Source: a virus
Taxonomy: Duplodnaviria; Caudoviricetes
Length of the DNA stretch: 37,120 nt
IMG/VR virus record: IMGVR_UViG_3300038674_000631
Span: 1-37,120 of that record
Direction: 5' to 3' (one strand)
This document shows positions 10,201 through 18,235 of the stretch, piece by piece; position 1 is the first letter of the stretch; the number at the start of each line of letters is the position of its first letter. The notes beneath the pieces were generated by a model, which was not told the origin of the DNA, ran no database searches, and was given only the letters and a program-made list of their open reading frames with translations. The position numbers and the translations under genes are program-made.

Positions 10201-11149
10201 TTAAAGTCATCTCAAAAAGCACTGCCACTTTTTGGGCATCCGACATGCCTTCTGTCATTTGTGCAAATGCAGCTGGGATGCGGATGCTTAAATCGTCCAG
10301 GATTTGTGGCGAAGCACGACCGATACCGGTTACTATGTCTTCAAATGCCTGCTGCGTTTCAATGCCTTTCAATCGCGCCTTATTTCTAGCGATTTCAAGC
10401 AAATTTGCCATTTTATCAGCATCATTGGTAACGCCAAGAGACATTGCTGCGCTGGCAGTTTTGATCAGACTCATATCATTGATGGTGTTGCCGCTGGCAT
10501 CGCGAAGCTTGTTCAGGATTTCGTCAGCACTTTTACCGACACTTCTTGCATAATCATCAAATGCGCTTTTTGATTCTTGCAGTTGAGCTCCCTGTTTCGC
10601 AAAGTCATATCCCATTTGAACATAGCGATCCATTTTTTCCAAAAATTCTAGGGTTTGATTCGCCGCGAAAGTAAATTCGCCCAATTCTGATTTAAAGGAT
10701 TTAATATGACCGCCTGCTGTTTTCAAAGACTGGCCAAACCTGCCCAAGATTTTATCAAGTGCATTTGTTTTCTTTGCGGCATCGTCAGTATCTTTTGAGG
10801 TTTTTTTAAATTGAGTTGAATTTTCTCTCAGTGCTTGCTCAAGGCTGCTCGTCGCTTTAACAACTTCAGCTAAGCCATAATTTAGTTGCTCTATTCCTTT
10901 CTCTGCATTATTCGTTGTCTTTGTTGTATCAGCTAGCTCTTGCTCCAGCTCTTCAATTGCAGCTACCGCTTTGTCGGTATTCTGAGAAAGATTAGAAGCA
11001 GCCTCGCTGATTTTATCCAGTCCCTTGTCGAGCGGCTCGATCTGCTTGCCTGATTTGCCTAAATCAGACACGGCAGCAGAGGTCTTGCGCAATTCTTCGA
11101 TTGCGTAAGAGCCGTCTGCTTTGATAATGATTTTAACTTCTTTGGTCAT
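7265..11149 (-). CDS. Tail tape measure protein
   Basis: 1294 aa, helical and Ala/Ser/Lys-rich; IVTGIGRASPQILDDL is a TMP-type motif; follows the chaperone genes. Confidence 0.88.
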   Translation of the reverse strand: MTKEVKIIIKADGSYAIEELRKTSAAVSDLGKSGKQIEPLDKGLDKISEAASNLSQNTDKAVAAIEELEQELADTTKTTNNAEKGIEQLNYGLAEVVKATSSLEQALRENSTQFKKTSKDTDDAAKKTNALDKILGRFGQSLKTAGGHIKSFKSELGEFTFAANQTLEFLEKMDRYVQMGYDFAKQGAQLQESKSAFDDYARSVGKSADEILNKLRDASGNTINDMSLIKTASAAMSLGVTNDADKMANLLEIARNKARLKGIETQQAFEDIVTGIGRASPQILDDLSIRIPAAFAQMTEGMSDAQKVAVLFEMTLKEGNAEFEDMGGMTDSSADSFRRLETSWTNLKTSGGELVTNVFEPINVVLAIGMDKAAGLLKSFDDLFTYILNIGKENPIKNMTEAELLEALSDRKKLYDEYKSGFAKTLGEVDSPANSFRQSSSLGVTEKVGKEMQNAFFEQNMLVAEKKVEQINAELNRRSKAVIETTEKNLKNQADAFAKMMIPGFNPAAIESEEDRKKRIKKAEDARNNYIKQINDQEKKISKIFEDSASAYSVFGVNVTPSSKQDNKSYTMPDGTALKTFGVDVKSISSMKEAYKLLLDMSYAAGGLKQTTSEVYEFSQSFLAIKDGEQVNKVLTEFYGTVKDIPPELKKFNDEMAELASNKDAIEEVLEVFKNFSTFDFSENINKLNPFELTDQRFAASMTASMSNIFSGGLLTTDFTNKFIDVTKETSQKAAKEVENPFADAVASAVSDGFRRADFSGFLTNLGSGISGVVSGILTDTIQSVFSKKNTGALASDNKILGGLFKPVYGKDNKLNYGALGQNLAIGAAFSFLSSPGRLFGGSVVHGEEHINTSASLNDQVTQAKELRDQLYIQAGISETTRRLLDEAEFYYAWVRKTKSGNGITSKKTTTYLLEGSNQAQASIDNIKKLQESVMGEQTRRSYDLWQLNRTDSVKALQLSAADAESAYNATFAKNLSESEIADLRNQQAAIENNIVIARQNAELAGKQAPSNYNRNPWNIGGISMYTNQIATYQQQIDALEAKIQEGQDYKYSEADRTSVLKAYEQAKIDLVAAKEAGRTNLMSPFLSNATLGSLTTSDILSQMLGDKSLSDSSGSIQALLPLLKQAGITDMNIARMYADAGSDPAKLYDAGKAELSNLEKALAVYEQIWKDAEQEALDASKTIEEQNAAFERFQTAQNALLQTKDAILQKEQELAAIEKQKLESQRNAQIETALSAIGELDKRGNKMIILSDNDAIVAIDALLEEFADNPEVTAILQKKRQAEVAKAKWGSMT

Positions 11150-11451
11150 TATGATCTCGTGTTTGCCGCTCGTTTTTGTGCTAATGTCATCGGGGCTGAT
11201 TGGCAGAATGTTCTATAAAAAGCTTCATCTATGACTGGATATTTCACTGCTTCAACCTGGGCGATGCAAAATAACAAATAGTCCATTTCATAGACCTGAG
11301 CCGGGGTGTAACCGTAAGCCCTTGCAACCCGCATGATTTTTCGACCATACTTTAGATCGCGCGGCTCGGGTTCTTCGTCTTGCAACGCATCAAAAGATGC
11401 GTAAACCGATTCTTCGATCAGGCTCCGAGAATTCTCGGAGCCAGCTGAGGG
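11149..11451 (-). CDS. Tail assembly chaperone C-terminal extension (lambda T-like), probably reached by -1 frameshift
   Basis: The -1 frame is open from CCC at 11451 to the stop at 11149; motif VARAYGYTPAQVYEM; lies directly before the TMP. Confidence 0.6.
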   Translation of the reverse strand, partial: PSAGSENSRSLIEESVYASFDALQDEEPEPRDLKYGRKIMRVARAYGYTPAQVYEMDYLLFCIAQVEAVKYPVIDEAFYRTFCQSAPMTLAQKRAANTRS

Positions 11452-11834
11452 TCAAGCGCGGCACTCAAAGACGGATTCAATACTTTCTTCTCGAACCAGG
11501 TATTTGCGACAATCCTGACCAGGTCGAAGCTTTCGGAAAAGACTTCCTTGATCTGGTCGCGAGTAAACTGCTTTTCTTTTTTTGGATTGAAAGCGATTTC
11601 AAGAATGTCGAGCGCGTGATTTGTGCTGCGTCTGATCAGATCAGAAATAAGCTGACCCTTTTCAGCGTTTTCCTTTTCAGCTTTTGCATTCTGATCTTCC
11701 AGATAAGCTTCATAAGCATCGTTCTGGGCGACGGTATATTTAAGTTCAACCGGGCTGTTGTCAATTTCTACATAGAGGCGATTACCGGCTTCGCGCCAGA
11801 AATAGGACCCGTTGGTTTTGTTTGTAAGAATCAT
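11418..11834 (-). CDS. Tail assembly chaperone (lambda G-like)
   Basis: ATG at 11834 after GAAAGG; between tail tube and TMP; ends ...LDPQLAPRILGA. Confidence 0.7.
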   Translation of the reverse strand: MILTNKTNGSYFWREAGNRLYVEIDNSPVELKYTVAQNDAYEAYLEDQNAKAEKENAEKGQLISDLIRRSTNHALDILEIAFNPKKEKQFTRDQIKEVFSESFDLVRIVANTWFEKKVLNPSLSAALDPQLAPRILGA

Positions 11835-11850
11835 AAATTGCCTTTCTTTC

Positions 11851-11880
11851 AAAAAATGGGGGGGGAGGTTATCCCCCCCT
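11851..11880 (-). terminator. Terminator/attenuator after the major tail gene
   Basis: Minus strand reads GGGGGGGA-TAACC-TCCCCCCC followed by CATTTTTT. Confidence 0.65.
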
Positions 11881-11905
11881 GAAACCTGAATAGGAGTTTC
11901 GTCCG

Positions 11906-13147
11906 TCAACAAATGAAAAACTCGATGTTATCGTTGCCCTGAGAAGACGGGCGACACTGACCGGTGATGCCGTATCTGAGCAGGTTGTTCTCGTCACGCA
12001 TGCCAGGATTGTCAATAACGCCATGGCGAATGAAAACGAACAGCATAGAACCGGGAGTATTGCCGATTTTGAAGCTGATCGGGATTTCCTTGCGTTCGCG
12101 CAGCAGTGTCCAGAACGGAAACACGCTGTCGCGCTTCGCTTCAGGATCGATGCCAAAAGCATGATCACGGCCATCGATCTTGATCTGCCTGATGCCCTGC
12201 TCGGAGTTGACATCAAGCTGCGGATTCAGTGTATTGCCGGTTTCGAGCGTGATGTTTGCGACAACCAGGGTGTTATCGTTATTGACATGAAAATTCGCGC
12301 GCTGAACGATGTCAGGGCGGCGGGTATCTTTGGCACTAACAGGCACATCCGCATCACCGATATCGTTGAGAATCGACTGGAAGCTGAACGAAAGCTGTGC
12401 AATGCGGCCGGCCGGGGCAGAAAAGGACAGATTGCCACGGGCAGCGCCACCCTTGAACAGCTTGCCGCCAAGGTAATGTTCGAAGAAAACCGACTTGAAG
12501 TCGCCTTCGGCAGCAACGGGGCGGTATCTGATGCCGGGCGGATAAGCGTAGACATACCACTTATCGCCAAGGACCAGTGAGCCGCTGGCAAAAGTCATGG
12601 TAAACGTCGCGCCTTCGTCGCCCAGGGTGATCGGACTTTCAGTGGTAACAACGTTTGCAGTGCTGTTCTGAGTCGTGTCGCCGATGCAGACAACTGATAC
12701 TTCGGCAGTCGCTGAAACGCCGGCCTTTGTTACTTCGATTTTATATATGCGGGGTTCTGTACCGGTGAATGCGCCGGCAGAGGCAACTGTCAGGCCTGCG
12801 AGACCGGTATTGTCATAACCGGCAATGGGGGCTGCAATAGAAGATTCAGCAAGCACTATTTTTGCAAAACCGCAACCTTCAAGAAGCTTGCCCCACTTTG
12901 GCTCGGTGCCGACGATGCCGCTAAGCATTGCTTCACAGACGACGTTAAAGCCGAGAGTTTCGCGGCCGATCATTTTTTTAGCGGCATCAATGCCCTCTTC
13001 AACGATCAATCGTTCGATTTCTTCAAACCCGTATTCGGGGATGAATTTGCCGCAAGGCACGGCATCAGCTTCAGACAGACCGGGATTCGTGTTCGGAGTA
13101 GTTTCAATCCCGGCGCGAAGCTGCATGGAATTTGTTCGGATAGTCAT
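11906..13147 (-). CDS. Major tail tube protein with inserted beta-rich domain
   Basis: 413 aa after gp37. Tube-like N and C parts (GKLLEGCGF; LSFSFQ; ITLETGNTL) flank an insert (GAFTGTEPRIYKIEVTKAG...LVLGDKW). Confidence 0.75.
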   Translation of the reverse strand: MTIRTNSMQLRAGIETTPNTNPGLSEADAVPCGKFIPEYGFEEIERLIVEEGIDAAKKMIGRETLGFNVVCEAMLSGIVGTEPKWGKLLEGCGFAKIVLAESSIAAPIAGYDNTGLAGLTVASAGAFTGTEPRIYKIEVTKAGVSATAEVSVVCIGDTTQNSTANVVTTESPITLGDEGATFTMTFASGSLVLGDKWYVYAYPPGIRYRPVAAEGDFKSVFFEHYLGGKLFKGGAARGNLSFSAPAGRIAQLSFSFQSILNDIGDADVPVSAKDTRRPDIVQRANFHVNNDNTLVVANITLETGNTLNPQLDVNSEQGIRQIKIDGRDHAFGIDPEAKRDSVFPFWTLLRERKEIPISFKIGNTPGSMLFVFIRHGVIDNPGMRDENNLLRYGITGQCRPSSQGNDNIEFFIC

Positions 13148-13162
13148 GTTCTGTTCGCTCCT

Positions 13163-13585
13163 TTACAGGCCGACCGTGCGGCCGATACATATCTGGGCGG
13201 AAAATTCGAGTAGATACGAAATAACGCCCGCTTTATAAGACACTAGGCGGATACCGGTGCAGTTCAAACTTTCGAGGCCCTGGTCGATTTCTTTGCCCAG
13301 GAGTTCGTCATATACGGCTTCGACCTGGTCGTAAACGTCATTTGCCGCCTGCTTTTCGTCGCGCAGGTTCCGGTTGTAGACCAGCACATGAAATTTTCTT
13401 TCCATGATCGGTCGAGGGGTTTTCTGCACCGGCACGTCTTCAAACCAGTAAACGAAGGCTGCCGGGAAAACCAGAACATCCGGCTTGTCGAATCGACCGG
13501 CACTTTCAACGATTCTGAAAATATCCAGGCCTGTAATCGATGCAATCAGCACATCTTCGTTTGCTTTAACATTTAACAGGCCCAT
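13163..13585 (-). CDS. Mu gp37-like tail terminator / head-tail joining protein
   Basis: 140 aa, PAAFVYW...FHVLVYNRNLR pattern; lies before the tail tube gene. Confidence 0.7.
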   Translation of the reverse strand: MGLLNVKANEDVLIASITGLDIFRIVESAGRFDKPDVLVFPAAFVYWFEDVPVQKTPRPIMERKFHVLVYNRNLRDEKQAANDVYDQVEAVYDELLGKEIDQGLESLNCTGIRLVSYKAGVISYLLEFSAQICIGRTVGL

Positions 13586-13588
13586 TTC

Positions 13589-13705
13589 TTAAAACTCCCG
13601 CTGATAACCGATTTCGAATTGTGGTTTATGATTTCCAAGCCCCAGCTTCAGCCAGGCATCTCTGGTTTTTACCGCCAGAGATGCCGACTTGCCATCGCTT
13701 GTCAC
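13589..13705 (-). CDS. 38-codon beta-strand-rich ORF ending EIGYQREF; coupled GTG start or -1 frameshift extension of the upstream gene
   Basis: Not in the ORF track. GTG overlaps the upstream TGA and the ORF fills the gap to gp37. The same frame is open back through A_AAC_CCT at 13744-13738. Confidence 0.55.
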   Translation of the reverse strand: MTSDGKSASLAVKTRDAWLKLGLGNHKPQFEIGYQREF

Positions 13706-14094
13706 TGCGACACTGCGGCCAGAGCTGGGGCCAATGTAGGGTTTACAGAAGCAGTAGTCTTTGGCTGATGGTCCTGCGCAGCCAGGTCTTTAACGAGCAA
13801 TTCTGCGCGGGCTCTTTCTGCAGACGAAAGGGTTACTCCTTCCTGTCTGGCCTGCTCGTCGAGTAGTTTGAGAAATTCAACCCACTTTGCTTCAGGCTTG
13901 ATTTTGCCTTTGCTGGCCATGGCTTCAACAACGCGATAAATGCCAGGCACAACGTCATAAACAAAGCCCATGGCTTTATCCATTGTGTTCAAAAAACCTT
14001 CAGACACACCGAGCTTCGGAAGAATCGGCCTGGCGATCTTGTAAATCTGAATCAGCAGTATGGCTGCAATAAAAAAGAAACCGAGATTATCCAT
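13702..14094 (-). CDS. Holin-like membrane protein (N-terminal TM helix)
   Basis: Hydrophobic N-terminus LGFFFIAAILLIQIY, then an amphipathic helical domain; overlaps the end of the endolysin gene. Confidence 0.55.
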   Translation of the reverse strand: MDNLGFFFIAAILLIQIYKIARPILPKLGVSEGFLNTMDKAMGFVYDVVPGIYRVVEAMASKGKIKPEAKWVEFLKLLDEQARQEGVTLSSAERARAELLVKDLAAQDHQPKTTASVNPTLAPALAAVSQ

Positions 14095-14554
14095 TTTTAA
14101 CTTCCTTGAGTAAGTTTTCCCAGGTCAGGGCAATGTAAGTCCCTGCCTTATCCCTGATCCAACGGGCATCAGGGTCGAATCTGTTTTTTTTGGGTCTGAT
14201 ATCGCCATGCAGACCGCCCTGTGGTCGCCAGTGCGGATAGATGCCGATACCGTTGAAACCATCGAAACGAGTTAAAGCTATGAACTGATCAACAACATTC
14301 ATGCCTTTGACGTAGAAATCAGCAGCCATGCCTTTCGGGTGATATTCACCGCTGTGGCCGGTCAGCTCATAAGCATTCAGAATGATTACCGGCCTGTTGA
14401 CGAACTGACGAAAGGCAAACAGATTAAAAATCAGCTCTCTATGAACCTTGCGCCAGTCGCCCCAGTTTTCTTCAGGGGTAAAGAAGGGTGCAACGGCAGA
14501 CCAGTCTTTATCAGTCATGAGCGGACTTTTTGATTCATGTGTCATCGGTAACAT
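14087..14554 (-). CDS. Endolysin, peptidase M15-type Zn peptidase
   Basis: YHPKGMAADF and GIGIY...LHGDIR match the M15A H-x6-D...HxD pattern. Confidence 0.8.
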   Translation of the reverse strand: MLPMTHESKSPLMTDKDWSAVAPFFTPEENWGDWRKVHRELIFNLFAFRQFVNRPVIILNAYELTGHSGEYHPKGMAADFYVKGMNVVDQFIALTRFDGFNGIGIYPHWRPQGGLHGDIRPKKNRFDPDARWIRDKAGTYIALTWENLLKEVKNG

Positions 14555-14982
14555 CAGAATTTATCAAGCTCCTTTTTCGGAAAGATTTGTTCTGCAGCAG
14601 TTTTATTGACGCGATATTCGCTTTTGCTGCCTGCTGCAGGAATTATCAGATGCATCTTGCCGCTTCTTATGCTTTCGAGAACGCGCAGGCAATCTTTATA
14701 CCAATCTGCAACCGATTCTGGCACACACGACATCATTTTGTTCGTATAAAGTTCATGCAAAGCCATTTTGCACGATATTTTGCTGATAAGCACCGGCACC
14801 GTAACCAGGGGGACAGTATCAACTTTATTTGCAATAAAACCATCGATTTGCGCATCAGCAGTTTCAATTGCTTCATCAACAACTACATAATCAATAGTTC
14901 CGGTATTACTCAAGTCGGAAAGCTGTGTCAATGTCGCTTCATCAACGAGCTTTAGCATGTCTGTTACTGTGCAATAAGGCAT
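14554..14982 (-). CDS. Mu gp36-like head-tail connector (DUF1320)
   Basis: Start reassigned to MPYCTVTDML at 14982; AIETADAQIDGF and YKDCLRVLESIRSGK are typical. Confidence 0.85.
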   Translation of the reverse strand: MPYCTVTDMLKLVDEATLTQLSDLSNTGTIDYVVVDEAIETADAQIDGFIANKVDTVPLVTVPVLISKISCKMALHELYTNKMMSCVPESVADWYKDCLRVLESIRSGKMHLIIPAAGSKSEYRVNKTAAEQIFPKKELDKF

Positions 14983-14999
14983 GATACCGTCCCCCAAAG

Positions 15000-15425
15000 T
15001 TAAAATTCGAGCAGATGCACTGTTGCCGAGGCGCTCTGCGCACGAAACCAGATGTCGGGAGTGCTGGTAGTTACATTGAAGGCCTTGTAAGACCCTGATG
15101 CAATTGCAAACGGGTAAATGCCGGTCGGCACGGTCCTGTCCGCCCAGTTCAGCGGGTTTCCGATCGGGCCCACAAGCAGAACACGGGTATACAGATTCAG
15201 CGTCGGGCACTTGACTGCAGCCGTTGTGCCGATCTCGACAGACGAGCTCGCAAGAAACTTTTCAATCGGCTGCTCCTGAACCGGCATGGGGTAGCGAAAG
15301 CCGATGCGCTTTTCGCCGCCCTGGTCATCCCAGCCCTCGCGCCATTTCACAATGGCATCCTGGGCAAGCGCAAAGCTGGTAATCAGCAGTGCGGCAAGCG
15401 TTACAATCAGAAGTCTGAATTTCAT
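15000..15425 (-). CDS. Hypothetical protein with Sec signal peptide
   Basis: ATG at 15425 after AAGGA; MKFRLLIVTLAALLITSFALA-QD has n/h/c regions and an AxA site. Confidence 0.65.
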   Translation of the reverse strand: MKFRLLIVTLAALLITSFALAQDAIVKWREGWDDQGGEKRIGFRYPMPVQEQPIEKFLASSSVEIGTTAAVKCPTLNLYTRVLLVGPIGNPLNWADRTVPTGIYPFAIASGSYKAFNVTTSTPDIWFRAQSASATVHLLEF

Positions 15426-15459
15426 TGGTTTTCCTTTCAGCCTGCATTGCAGGGCTTGC

Positions 15460-16461
15460 TTACAGAACTTTGGCGAAAACGATGCATCCAGGGCGCTTAA
15501 TGAGCGGCAGCGGCCGGCTTTCGGCTTTAAGCCAGAGCACGGACGGATCGTCTTCTTCCCAGGATTTTGCGAAATACAGTTCGGGCAACTGGCCAGAACC
15601 AATGCCATCGGCAGCCTTGAAGTCTTCGACCGGCGCGAAGCCTTCGGCAGTGTTGCCATAACCAACGCCGACAATTGCGATGCAACCGGCGGGCATCATT
15701 TTCAGGCGATTGCCATTCTTGTCTTTGTAGGTGCCGGAAACTTCCTCGGTCTCAACGCCGGCCAGACGACCGATGCGGCCGGTTTCAACCAGCTGCTGGC
15801 CCATCTGATTCTTCAGGAGTTCGGCAAGCTTCGGGTGTTCAAGAAGCGCGTCCATAACATCGGCGGCGCAAAAGCCATAGAAAGTTTCAACGGCTCCACC
15901 GGTTGCCGCAGAAATGAGTTCTTTCCAGGCTCTGATGTCAACAAGTGGGGCTGACTCAGAATCGCTCCAGCGCTTTTTAGCCGTAAGCACGGGCTTATGA
16001 CCATCGGGAAAGGTATATGTCATAAGAGTTTTACCGGCACCGTCAACAACAGTTCCAGAAAGCGCCTTGATCGCCATGAATTCGCGGGTGCGGTCGGTTC
16101 TTGCGCGAAGTTTCGCGAGTTCCTGCCCTACCTTTTCAGCAGCCAGCATCGGGGCGTTAGAACCCATGGCGCGAATCTTGTCGAGGTCGGCCGGGGTAAT
16201 CGGAGTTTTTTCCGGGAACCTGGGAGCGGGCACGACAACATGATCGTAGCCTTCTTTTTTAACAACTGTAGCCGGCGAACTCAGAGGGGCGCTGACCGAA
16301 ATTCCTTCCGCATCAGTTTCGACATCGAACTCGATGTTCGAGCTCAGCGAGCGCTCTTTAACAGCAAAGACCTTGTCGAGAACCGGGGTTCTGACCGGCG
16401 CAATTCTGTTGACAGTTGCAACCAGAAATCGAGTTTGAAAAACACTATCAACTGTAGTCAT
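15460..16461 (-). CDS. Major capsid protein (lambda gpE-like)
   Basis: 333 aa; RTREFMAIKALSG, WSDSESAPLVDI and DPSVLWLKAESRPLP are typical of the cap_E family. Confidence 0.88.
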   Translation of the reverse strand: MTTVDSVFQTRFLVATVNRIAPVRTPVLDKVFAVKERSLSSNIEFDVETDAEGISVSAPLSSPATVVKKEGYDHVVVPAPRFPEKTPITPADLDKIRAMGSNAPMLAAEKVGQELAKLRARTDRTREFMAIKALSGTVVDGAGKTLMTYTFPDGHKPVLTAKKRWSDSESAPLVDIRAWKELISAATGGAVETFYGFCAADVMDALLEHPKLAELLKNQMGQQLVETGRIGRLAGVETEEVSGTYKDKNGNRLKMMPAGCIAIVGVGYGNTAEGFAPVEDFKAADGIGSGQLPELYFAKSWEEDDPSVLWLKAESRPLPLIKRPGCIVFAKVL

Positions 16462-16476
16462 TAACTATTCCTTTCT

Positions 16477-16809
16477 TTAGCTTTCGCTGTCCATGTGAAT
16501 GCCGCGATCTGCAAGTTCTGTTTCACCTGCAGCATCGAGACCTGTCAGAGAGCTGCGCACAACGAGGCCACTCAGAAGCACAGCAGCCTGCACCGATGTA
16601 TCGCCTGCAGGAACATCTTCGAGCAGAATCGCTCTTGCAGTTTCGGTGCCGTCATTTTTGGTATTATCGTAAGCAGCGTAAAGACCGCCTTCAGTTACTT
16701 TGCCGAGCACAAGGCCGGCAGGACGGGCAGAAGCGCTGGCCGCGAGAGTTCTTGTTGCGATAACCGGAAAGTTACCGGCAACGATTTCAGTGAACGTAAG
16801 AGAGCTCAT
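16477..16809 (-). CDS. Head decoration protein (lambda gpD-like)
   Basis: 110 aa, GLVLGKVT-GG-YAAYD...DGTETARAILLED; lies between protease and MCP. Confidence 0.8.
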   Translation of the reverse strand: MSSLTFTEIVAGNFPVIATRTLAASASARPAGLVLGKVTEGGLYAAYDNTKNDGTETARAILLEDVPAGDTSVQAAVLLSGLVVRSSLTGLDAAGETELADRGIHMDSES

Positions 16810-17705
16810 TCCTTACCTCCTTTGCCTGCTTTAACAGCAATCTGCAGCAGCGGGTCAGCTTCAGAGAACTCAGCTGCATCATCAGGCTTTTTCTTGTTTT
16901 TTGTGGCGAATTCGTCAAACAGCCGATGGCCGCCGAGACCAGCAAGAAACTTTCTGAACCAGCCGAGTTGAGTTTCTTTCTTGCCTTCACTGAATTCGAA
17001 GCTCTGATCAGCGTCATCGAGCTCTTCCATGAATTCGAGAATGCCGGCATCTTTCCATGCCGGCAGAGCACGTTTGTCTTTGACCGCTGCGTCAAATTCG
17101 CGCTCAAGCTCGGAGCGCCGCGATCTTGCCTTGAATTCAGAGAATTCATGCGCCGACTGCTGAATCACGCCATCTTTTTTTGCATTATCGGCTTCCAGAG
17201 ATGCATTACGCTTGAGCAGTTCAGCGTTCTGCCGTTTCAGTTCTTCCAGTTCCATGCTTTCCTCCTCTTTGATTGGGGGTATGCTCTCGCTGTAGCAAAA
17301 GCAGTCTTCATCACTCTCGGAAAAAGAGCGATCTTTGAGACCTTTAACTGCCGGTGGTGCCGCGCCGAGAAACGAGACATGCAGCAGTGTGCCGTCGGGC
17401 CTGATCTTGATCGAGCGCTTTTTGAACATGCCCTTGTTAACAAGGTCCTGAAATTCAGGCACAACCTGCTTAAACTTTGCCAACAGCCTGTCGCCGCTTC
17501 GTTTCAGGGCTTCAACCCATCCATACGCCGGACCACCGACAACAGGGCCGGATTCTTCGTTGTGGTCGATCACAATCGGCGCTTCGTGATAATTCAGCGG
17601 ATCATACTGCTCGACCACCTTGTCCAGTTCCTGGACGGTCCAGTTTTTTCCTCGCCCCTTGCGATCAACATGCCAGCCAGCTTTGAAAATTTCCCACCAG
17701 CTCAC
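16806..17705 (-). CDS. Prohead protease (Mu gpI-like) with C-terminal scaffold
   Basis: EIFKAG-H-D, APIVIDH, PAYGWV, RSI, LLHVSFLGAAPPAVKGL. Likely start is GTG 17705 after AGGAG (alternative ATG 17729). Internal ATG 17255 has a GAGGAGG SD. Confidence 0.85.
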   Translation of the reverse strand: MSWWEIFKAGWHVDRKGRGKNWTVQELDKVVEQYDPLNYHEAPIVIDHNEESGPVVGGPAYGWVEALKRSGDRLLAKFKQVVPEFQDLVNKGMFKKRSIKIRPDGTLLHVSFLGAAPPAVKGLKDRSFSESDEDCFCYSESIPPIKEEESMELEELKRQNAELLKRNASLEADNAKKDGVIQQSAHEFSEFKARSRRSELEREFDAAVKDKRALPAWKDAGILEFMEELDDADQSFEFSEGKKETQLGWFRKFLAGLGGHRLFDEFATKNKKKPDDAAEFSEADPLLQIAVKAGKGGKE

Positions 17706-17729
17706 TTTTTTTCTCCTTGCCGCTTTCAT

Positions 17730-17902
17730 TTTTGATGATAGCGATAAACCCGCTCAGGTTCCTGTTCATGGCGCTAATAATGGTGCAGGTCGCTAAACAG
17801 CACGCTAAATTTTTTGATTTTGGCTTCAAGAAGTTTTGCGGGACGCAAAAGACAGATCAAGCAAGCAATTGCTAGGTTTAGACAGCAACAAAAGGAGCAT
17901 AT
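17730..17902. promoter_or_regulatory. Divergent late control region between head/tail and packaging operons
   Basis: Non-coding gap between divergent operons; CGCTAA at 17772, 17791 and 17803; no consensus -35 seen. Confidence 0.5.
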
Positions 17903-18235
17903 ATGGCTATTGACCCCGGATTAGCTAAAGAGGTCGCTTCATACGTCGAATTGATCAAAGTGATAGGATTTCCGGCTCTGATTTTTTTGATCTGGTATCT
18001 CTATCACCGTTCAGAAAATCTCAAATGGGAAAAAAATTTTGAAGCTCAGCGCGAAATGCAGCGTGAAATGATACAGGGCATTTTGAAACAGAGCAGTGAA
18101 GAGCGAGAAAACCAGCTTTTGCGCTGGAAAGAATTTTTGGAAACCTTGTCTTTGCAAACATCTCAGCTTGCGCGGCTAGAAACAAAAATTGACAGCAATG
18201 AATTTTGTCCTATCACAAGGAGGCAAAAAAGGTGA
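17903..18235 (+). CDS. Membrane protein with one TM helix and coiled coil (holin/antiholin-like)
   Basis: AAGGAG SD; IGFPALIFLIWYLY followed by heptads and a C-terminal CP; first gene of the packaging operon. Confidence 0.6.
   Translation: MAIDPGLAKEVASYVELIKVIGFPALIFLIWYLYHRSENLKWEKNFEAQREMQREMIQGILKQSSEERENQLLRWKEFLETLSLQTSQLARLETKIDSNEFCPITRRQKR

Noticed and set aside
9693-10553. Long plus-strand ORFs antisense to structural genes (also 15304..15954, 16926..17735, 32708..33442)
   Set aside because: Shadow frames of well-supported minus-strand genes, with no motifs.
13655-13685. 11-bp hairpin GGCATCTCTGG/CCAGAGATGCC as a terminator
   Set aside because: No U tract follows on the coding strand and it lies in an open frame; it may be an mRNA structure but its role cannot be assigned.
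14983-15674. ORF-track starts at 15210 (gp36) and 15674 (signal-peptide gene)
   Set aside because: Both extensions overlap neighbouring genes; SD and family N-termini support 14982 and 15425.
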